32,000 nucleotides of DNA, taken from the NCBI GenBank assembly GCA_965224465.1, contig OZ245049.1, positions 2,700,001 to 2,732,000 of the forward strand. Reading direction: 5' to 3'. The notes under the pieces are model-generated. The model was given only the letters and a program-made list of their open reading frames with translations. It had not been told where the DNA came from and ran no database searches. Shown here one piece after another: positions 26,140 through 32,000 of the stretch. Numbering within the stretch: position 1 is the first letter of the stretch; every line of letters begins with the position of its first letter. Origin of the DNA: Flavobacteriaceae bacterium. GTDB taxonomy: Bacteria; Bacteroidota; Bacteroidia; Flavobacteriales; Flavobacteriaceae. Made by a program: the position numbers and the translations under genes.

Positions 26140-26613
26140 CTACTTTTTACGTTTTAAATCATTCAATAATTTATAAAAAGCCTTTGTTGTAGTATCTAAT
26201 GGATTTGCGATGTTTACATCAAACTTACGAATAAGCTTATTCAATGCTTTGGATTCGTTCTTCATCACAGCATTTAAGCGCTTAAATTCGATTTCCATTT
26301 TCTGATAAATCGTGAGTTTTTTACCGTATAACCTATCGCCTGTCGAAGAATCACTTCCATATTGATCACTTAACTTACGTATGATTTTCTTAGGAACGCG
26401 TTTTAAACTTCCGTCCAGCTGCTTATTTCTAATAATATAAGAGGCCTTACTACCCGCTCTATTCATAATTTCTGTCCAATCCCCTGCCAGCATAAATTTA
26501 TGAATACCACTTTGTACATTTTTCTTCATCACTTTCTCCGTGGCTTCTACAGAACTATATCCCTCCAAAATCACTACAATTACCTCTTCCACTAGGCCCG
26601 AATACTTATACAT
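26140..26613 (-). CDS. hypothetical protein
   Basis: The track ORF 26140-26685 overlaps the upstream gene. The Met at 26611-26613 (MYKYSGLVEEV...) begins 8 nt after the LD-carboxypeptidase stop. The protein is basic and helical-looking, with no family recognised. Confidence 0.5.
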   Translation of the reverse strand: MYKYSGLVEEVIVVILEGYSSVEATEKVMKKNVQSGIHKFMLAGDWTEIMNRAGSKASYIIRNKQLDGSLKRVPKKIIRKLSDQYGSDSSTGDRLYGKKLTIYQKMEIEFKRLNAVMKNESKALNKLIRKFDVNIANPLDTTTKAFYKLLNDLKRKK

Positions 26614-26620
26614 CTTTAAT

Positions 26621-27634
26621 TTATTTTTCGTCAAAAATAACGCTACTTCCATTATCAGACACCGATAATGTAACATTTCTCCCAAAAATTAGCGCTACAT
26701 TTTTATTTTTATGACCTGCTGGCATTCCAAAAGCCACAGGAATGTTTAATCCTTCTAAATTATCCAATACAACCTGCTGAACAGTTTTCCCAAAAGGTGT
26801 TGGGTTTTTTCTAATACGGCTAATATCTCCCATAATAACCCCTTTTACATGTTTAAAATAACCCGCACGTTTTAGACTTTGTAACATTCTATCTACGTGA
26901 TACACATACTCGCCTACTTCTTCTATAAATAAGATTTTATCCGTTGTATCTATCGATGTTTCTGAGCCCAACATGGAATTCAATAAAGTTAGGTTCCCTC
27001 CCACTAATTGTCCTTTGGCAGTTCCTTTTTTATTGTATCTATTTGCAGGAATTTGGTACACTAAAGCATCTCCAAAAATAGCTTTTTTAAACGTGGCAAC
27101 CGTTTCCTTTATTACTGTTGGATTGTTCCCGAAATTAACGGCCATCATCCCGTGTATGGTTTCAAATCCTAAATTATGGACTTGGTTGTGTAAAGCCGTT
27201 ATATCCGAATAACCAATAATCCATTTTGGGTTTTCTATAAATTTTGTATAGTCAAGCTTATCTAAAATACGTACCGTTCCATAGCCACCACGTGCCGTCC
27301 AAATAGCCTTTATATTTGGATTGTCTAAAGCCTTTTGAAAATCAAGAGCACGCTGAGCATCAGACCCTGCAAAATGATCCTGCTGCTTGTACATATTTTC
27401 TCCTACTTTTACGTGTAAGCCCCAAGATTCCACAATAGTTATCGCCTTTGAGATTATTTCCTTTTTATTTCGCAATATTCCTGCCGGAGCAAGCAAAGCA
27501 ATGGTATCTCCTTTTTGAAGGTACGGAGGACGGACTAAAACCTTCGACGTCAATGTTTTCGGAACTTCTTGATTCACACCTTGACAGCGAATGCAACATA
27601 CAATACTCATAAAAAGCACAACTTTTTGAATCAT
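26621..27634 (-). CDS. LD-carboxypeptidase (peptidase S66, LdcA/MccF-like)
   Basis: Motifs seen: ARGGYG, GYSDITALH (nucleophile Ser), LFIEEVGE, and the C-terminal FGMPAGH. A signal-like N-terminus is present. Confidence 0.85.
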   Translation of the reverse strand: MIQKVVLFMSIVCCIRCQGVNQEVPKTLTSKVLVRPPYLQKGDTIALLAPAGILRNKKEIISKAITIVESWGLHVKVGENMYKQQDHFAGSDAQRALDFQKALDNPNIKAIWTARGGYGTVRILDKLDYTKFIENPKWIIGYSDITALHNQVHNLGFETIHGMMAVNFGNNPTVIKETVATFKKAIFGDALVYQIPANRYNKKGTAKGQLVGGNLTLLNSMLGSETSIDTTDKILFIEEVGEYVYHVDRMLQSLKRAGYFKHVKGVIMGDISRIRKNPTPFGKTVQQVVLDNLEGLNIPVAFGMPAGHKNKNVALIFGRNVTLSVSDNGSSVIFDEK

Positions 27635-27690
27635 AACTAGATATTTTTTATAAAAATAGAATATTTATTAAACAATGGGGTCTAATTTAC

Positions 27691-27698
27691 TATTTTTG
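27691..27698 (+). promoter_or_regulatory. Bacteroidota-type -7 promoter box (TAnnTTTG) upstream of metG
   Basis: TATTTTTG lies 23 nt upstream of the metG ATG and is followed by GCAGCCA, as at prs. Confidence 0.4.
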
Positions 27699-27720
27699 CA
27701 GCCAAATAACCATGTAAATT

Positions 27721-29781
27721 ATGAGTACTTTTAACAGATATACGATTACTGCCGCTTTACCATACACAAACGGACCTGTGCATATTGGACACCTAGCTGG
27801 TGTATATGTACCTGCCGATATTTATGCGCGTTACCTACGCTTAAACGGTAAAGACGTTGCCTTTATCTGTGGTTCTGACGAACATGGAGTACCCATAACC
27901 TTAAAAGCAAAAAAAGAAGGCGTAACACCACAAGACATTGTAGACAAATACCATGCAATTATTAAGAAATCGTTTCAAGATTTCGGGATAACATTTGATA
28001 ATTATTCTAGAACTACGTCTAAAATACATCACGAAACTGCTTCTGAGTTTTTCAAAACTTTATATGACAACGGTAAATTCATAGAAAAAACTACCGAGCA
28101 ATTATACGATGCCGAAGCCAATCAATTTTTAGCAGACCGTTTTATCGTCGGAACCTGTCCAAAATGCGGAAATGAAGAGAGCTACGGTGACCAATGTGAA
28201 AAATGTGGAACCTCCCACAATGCCACCGATTTAATTGACCCTAAATCTGCAATTACAGGAAACAAACCTAGCCTAAAAGCAACTACACACTGGTTTTTAC
28301 CTCTAGATGAATACCAAGACTTTTTACAAGAATGGATTGTAGAAGGACATAAAAACGATTGGAAAGCAAATGTTTTAGGACAAGTAAAATCTTGGATAGA
28401 TGATGGATTAAGACCCAGAGCGGTAACCCGTGATTTGGATTGGGGCATTCCAGTTCCTGTAAAAGGAGGAGATGGAAAAGTACTCTATGTTTGGTTTGAT
28501 GCTCCAATCGGTTATATATCTTCTACCAAAGAATGGGCAAAAAAAACAGGTAAAGACTGGAAACCATATTGGAAAAGTGACGACACAAAATTGGTACACT
28601 TTATAGGAAAAGACAACATTGTTTTCCATTGTATTATTTTTCCTGCCATGTTAAAAGCAGAAGGAAGCTATATTTTACCAGAAAATGTTCCTGCCAATGA
28701 ATTCTTAAACTTAGAAGGCGATAAAATATCAACCTCAAAAAACTGGGCTGTTTGGTTGCACGAATATTTAGAAGATTTCCCAGGAAAACAAGACGTATTG
28801 CGGTATGCCTTAACAGCAAGCGCACCAGAAACCAAAGACAACGATTTTACTTGGAAAGATTTTCAAGCAAGAAACAACAACGAGTTGGTAGCCATTTTCG
28901 GAAACTTTATAAACCGTGTAGTTGTATTAACAAATAAATATTACGAGGGTGTTGTTCCTGCCCAAGGCGAATTGACTGACGTAGACACTGCTACTTTAGA
29001 AAAATTAGCAGAATACCCTGCCATCATTTCTAAATCTATAGAACGCTACCGTTTTAGAGAAGCTTCTCAAGAACTGATGAACTTAGCAAGACTCGGAAAC
29101 AAATACTTAGCAGACGAAGAACCTTGGAAAAAAATTAAAACAGCTCCAAATAGGGTTGAAACCATTATGAATATTGCCTTACAAATAGCCTCAGGATTGG
29201 CTATTTTAAGTGAACCACTATTGCCTTTTTCTTCTACAAAATTAAAAGGGTTTTTAAATATGGAGACTTCTACATTAACTTGGAGTGACGTGAGTGCTCA
29301 AGAGACATTGATTAATGATGGTCATACCATCAACAAAGGAGGCTTATTATTCGCAAAAATAGAAGATGACGAAATTCAAGTTCAATTAGACAAACTAGAA
29401 GCTTCAAAAAAGCTAAATGAACTGGCTAATAAAATTACAGAACCTCAAAAAGAAACTGCTACTTTTGAAGATTTCACAAAGTTAGACATCCGTGTAGGAA
29501 CAATTGTTGCCGCAGAAAAAATGCCAAAAACAAAAAAATTACTCATCCTTAAGGTAGACGTTGGATTAGATACTAGAACCATTGTAAGCGGTATTGCAGA
29601 ACATTTTAAACCAGAAGCTATTATTGGTCAAAAGGTGACTGTTTTGATAAACTTAGCACCCCGAAAACTAAGAGGTGTAGAAAGTGAGGGGATGATCCTA
29701 ATGACAGACACCAATGATGGTGGCTTGAGTTTTGTAGCACCTAACTCTGACAAAATAAGCAATGGAGAAACTATTAGCTAA
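27721..29781 (+). CDS. metG: methionine--tRNA ligase with a C-terminal tRNA-binding (Trbp111/EMAP-like) domain
   Basis: Motifs seen: the HIGH motif (PVHIGHLAG), a zinc knuckle ([18 protein letters not shown]), and a KMSKS-like KISTSK. The C-terminal OB-type domain reads LDIRVGTIV...VDVG...RTIVSGI. Confidence 0.95.
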   Translation: MSTFNRYTITAALPYTNGPVHIGHLAGVYVPADIYARYLRLNGKDVAFICGSDEHGVPITLKAKKEGVTPQDIVDKYHAIIKKSFQDFGITFDNYSRTTSKIHHETASEFFKTLYDNGKFIEKTTEQLYDAEANQFLADRFIVGTCPKCGNEESYGDQCEKCGTSHNATDLIDPKSAITGNKPSLKATTHWFLPLDEYQDFLQEWIVEGHKNDWKANVLGQVKSWIDDGLRPRAVTRDLDWGIPVPVKGGDGKVLYVWFDAPIGYISSTKEWAKKTGKDWKPYWKSDDTKLVHFIGKDNIVFHCIIFPAMLKAEGSYILPENVPANEFLNLEGDKISTSKNWAVWLHEYLEDFPGKQDVLRYALTASAPETKDNDFTWKDFQARNNNELVAIFGNFINRVVVLTNKYYEGVVPAQGELTDVDTATLEKLAEYPAIISKSIERYRFREASQELMNLARLGNKYLADEEPWKKIKTAPNRVETIMNIALQIASGLAILSEPLLPFSSTKLKGFLNMETSTLTWSDVSAQETLINDGHTINKGGLLFAKIEDDEIQVQLDKLEASKKLNELANKITEPQKETATFEDFTKLDIRVGTIVAAEKMPKTKKLLILKVDVGLDTRTIVSGIAEHFKPEAIIGQKVTVLINLAPRKLRGVESEGMILMTDTNDGGLSFVAPNSDKISNGETIS

Positions 29782-29790
29782 TAGCTAGCA

Positions 29791-29868
29791 ATACAACTAC
29801 ATTTCCAAGTGATGGTTTAGAGCGTAAAATAAACTATTTATATCGGTCATTTTGGATTTTAATTAAAT
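29791..29868 (-). mobile_element. MITE/REPIN-like element, shortest internally deleted form (copy I)
   Basis: The reverse complement reads atttaattaaaatccaaaatgaccgatataaatagtttattttacgctctaaaccatcacttggaaatgtagttgtat. Both termini are present and ~83 nt of interior are absent. Confidence 0.75.
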
Positions 29869-29910
29869 TAAATAGACCTACTCTTTAATAAACAACGGGT
29901 CTTAAACATA

Positions 29911-29947
29911 AAAAACCGATAATTAGATGACTAATTATCGGTTTTTT
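29911..29947. terminator. strong bidirectional-looking intrinsic terminator downstream of metG
   Basis: aaaaaccgataattag-atga-ctaattatcggttttt has arms of 16 nt including the A/T runs. Confidence 0.75.
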
Positions 29948-30005
29948 ACAATCCATTCAACTGAACATTTGTTAAATTCTTCTTTCCAAATTCGTATTTT
30001 AAAAC

Positions 30006-30013
30006 TACCTTTG
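30006..30013 (+). promoter_or_regulatory. possible -7 promoter box (TAnnTTTG) upstream of the PorP/SprF gene
   Basis: TACCTTTG lies 110 nt upstream of the preferred ATG at 30123. Confidence 0.3.
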
Positions 30014-30122
30014 CATTGATTTTCTAGTAGTTATAAGAAAACACACAGAACATCCTGTAAAAAAATTAATAAGTTACCCCATAAGCATGCATTCACAACG
30101 CGCTTATCAATTTACGACACCC

Positions 30123-31031
30123 ATGAAACGATTGATATTTCTTTGTTTAGGAATTTATTCCTACACCCTCACCGAAGTAAATGCTCAACAAGAACCACAG
30201 TTTACTCAGTACATGTATAACATGTTTATTATCAACCCCGCATATGCAGGATCCAACAATGTACTTACAGCTGTAGGATTTTACCGTTCTCAATGGAACG
30301 ATATACCTGGAGCACCTAAAACTATTTCGTTTACAATGGAGAAACCATTGAGTAACGAAAAAATAGGCGTCGGTTTTACAGCGTATTCAGATCAAATAGG
30401 TCCCTCCAAAGAATTATTTGCCAGTCTAAGTGCCTCCTACTCCATCCAAACCAGTCAGAATAGCGAACTCTCTTTTGGATTGAAAGCTGGAATTCACAAC
30501 TTGGCAGTAAACTTTAACCAAGCGAATTACCAACATGAAGATTTGATAGAAAACTTCAGTAAATTTTCTCCAACAATAGGTCTTGGAGCCTTTTGGTACA
30601 GTAATAATTGGTATGTTGGTGCATCGATCCCAAACATACTACAAACAAATTATTTAGATCCTGTCCTAAAATCTGAAGCTTCTAAAAAACCACATTATTA
30701 CCTTACTGCTGGTTATATTTTTATGCTTAATGACAACTTAAAATTTAAACCAGCTGCATTATTAAAAGCAGTAACTGGAGCTCCTATGAGTTTTGATATC
30801 AGTGCAAATTTTATGTTTAGCGATAAATTAACTTTAGGAACTGCCTACAGATTAGAAGATTCTGTAGCTTTATTAACAAGTTTTCAAATCACCGAACAAT
30901 TAAATCTAGGATATGCTTTTGACTATGGCATAGGAGATATTTCCGAAATCTCTAAGTTCTCTCATGAATTTATGCTTAAATATGAATTCAATTCTTACAG
31001 AACACGTTCCTATTCTCCACGTTTTTTCTAA
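30123..31031 (+). CDS. PorP/SprF-family type IX secretion system membrane protein
   Basis: After the signal peptide (MKRLIFLCLGIYSYTLTEVNAQ) comes the hallmark QQEPQFTQYMYNMFIINPAYAG. The rest has a beta-barrel-like alternating pattern and ends in F. I prefer ATG 30123 over the track's 30087. Confidence 0.85.
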   Translation: MKRLIFLCLGIYSYTLTEVNAQQEPQFTQYMYNMFIINPAYAGSNNVLTAVGFYRSQWNDIPGAPKTISFTMEKPLSNEKIGVGFTAYSDQIGPSKELFASLSASYSIQTSQNSELSFGLKAGIHNLAVNFNQANYQHEDLIENFSKFSPTIGLGAFWYSNNWYVGASIPNILQTNYLDPVLKSEASKKPHYYLTAGYIFMLNDNLKFKPAALLKAVTGAPMSFDISANFMFSDKLTLGTAYRLEDSVALLTSFQITEQLNLGYAFDYGIGDISEISKFSHEFMLKYEFNSYRTRSYSPRFF

Positions 31032-31355
31032 TCCAAAAACACTACCTACCTAACAGGGCATCTCAAAAAGGTGCTCCATAAAACCAACCTAATACACCCA
31101 GCCTGCGTAGTTCTACTATCACTTAGAAAATAAGACATACAATGGATAGATTTCTATCTATAACTAAAAAACAAGCGGAGGTAAATGATGTTAGAGAAGC
31201 CACACATCAAAGGACATTTGCTGCTTATTATTAAATTAGGACTTACATCGAGATCCTCACAGCGCCTTAGACCCGTATAACTTTATAATGCCGCATGATA
31301 CTTATTCTTTATTACACGCTATTTTAATGGGTATCACTTTTATAGTGCGAAAATA

Positions 31356-31516
31356 ACACCAAACACCTTTTCAAGTCACGGTTTAGAAGTATCCTTATTT
31401 TTTGTTTTAGCTAACCGAAAAATCTAAGGATAGCTATTGCTATCGTTCTATTTTTAAACAAGGCTAGGACGTAAAACAAACTATTTATATCGCTTATTTT
31501 GGATTGTAATTGGTGT
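31356..31516 (-). mobile_element. MITE/REPIN-like element, full 161-bp form (copy J)
   Basis: The reverse complement begins acaccaattacaatccaaaataagcgatataaatagtttgttttacg. It contains the hairpin gatagc-aata-gctatc and ends ctaaaccgtgacttgaaaaggtgtttggtgt. Confidence 0.85.
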
Positions 31517-31600
31517 AATTCTATATAATGATACGGACTTAACAAATAAATTGGCATCGAACAGCATTCCATAGAGAAGAAACACCTTGATATATCACAT

Positions 31601-31637
31601 AAAAAAACCGCAACATCCAAAGATGTGCGGTTTTTTG
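31601..31637 (-). terminator. intrinsic terminator after tRNA-Ala
   Basis: ccgcaacatc-caaa-gatgtgcgg is flanked by A7 and T6 runs. On the minus strand it directly follows the tRNA 3' end. Confidence 0.7.
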
Positions 31638-31711
31638 TGGAGCATATCGGAGTCGAACCGATGACCTCTTGGCTGCCAGCCAAACGCTCTAGCCAACTGA
31701 GCTAATGCCCC
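31638..31711 (-). tRNA. tRNA-Ala (anticodon GGC)
   Basis: Folded by hand from the reverse complement GGGGCATTAGCTCAGTTGGCTAGAGCGTTTGGCTGGCAGCCAAGAGGTCATCGGTTCGACTCCGATATGCTCCA. The anticodon loop is CTGGCAG. The G3:U70 pair in the acceptor stem is the Ala identity element. Confidence 0.9.
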
Positions 31712-31720
31712 ATTTTATTT

Positions 31721-32000
31721 TTATACATCGCCTTGTAAAATCAACAAAGGCATTCTGCATTCAAAATCTTCTTTCTTTACGCTATTGTCTTTCCAAAGTT
31801 TTTCAAAAAATCCTTTTTTCCGACGAATAACACATATTAAATCAGGAGAATTAGCATTCAAATGCTCAAGTAAACCCTGAAAAATAGTCCCGTTTTCCGA
31901 GGTTTTAAAAGTACTACAAATATTGGTCAACTCTTGATTTATTATCAAATCTTTTTCCTTGACATAAGGCGTTATCACTTGCAATAAATTCAATGTGATT
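31721..32000 (-). CDS. universal stress protein (UspA)-like, C-terminal part (probably continues past the window end)
   Basis: The C-terminal pattern DLICVIRRKKGFFEKLW.....K......MPLLILQ resembles the Usp DLIV.G..G.....L.GS......-PVLVV ending. The N-terminus is outside the window. Confidence 0.4.
   Translation of the reverse strand, partial: ITLNLLQVITPYVKEKDLIINQELTNICSTFKTSENGTIFQGLLEHLNANSPDLICVIRRKKGFFEKLWKDNSVKKEDFECRMPLLILQGDV

Overview
Low-GC chromosomal window that looks like Bacteroidota, probably Flavobacteriia. The pointers are a PorP/SprF type IX secretion gene, TAnnTTTG-type promoter boxes, and a TPR histidine kinase paired with a LytTR regulator. All family calls come from motif recognition by eye; no searches were run.

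The window has three parts:
- 1-8281: an SPFH-GYF protein followed by a zinc-ribbon gene, an APC-type permease, and a translationally coupled DnaE2-like / DinB-like polymerase pair.
- 8282-18765: an accessory-looking, partly decayed segment. It holds two paralogous unknown-domain proteins, a lipoprotein, a TPR-HK/LytTR operon, two orphan small ORFs, about 2 kb without long ORFs, a 5' remnant of an IS200/RAYT-like transposase, an intact IS30 element and tRNA-Leu(CAA).
- 18838-32000: housekeeping genes. These are a YceI-like gene, prs-rplY-pth, a CPBP protease, an SDR, a TlpA-like thioredoxin, yraN, an LD-carboxypeptidase, metG, PorP/SprF, tRNA-Ala(GGC) and a partial Usp-like gene.

The most striking signal is not a gene. 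It is a family of MITE/REPIN-like elements present at 11 intergenic sites.
- Three full copies are each exactly 161 bp. They have imperfect terminal inverted repeats and an internal hairpin whose stem is conserved while its loop varies.
- Three copies carry different internal deletions, and five are fragments.
- Copies sit at gene ends. One supplies a stop codon, one lies 25 nt upstream of the HK/LytTR operon, and two bracket the orphan PorP/SprF gene.

No CRISPR array, rRNA or recognisable riboswitch was seen.
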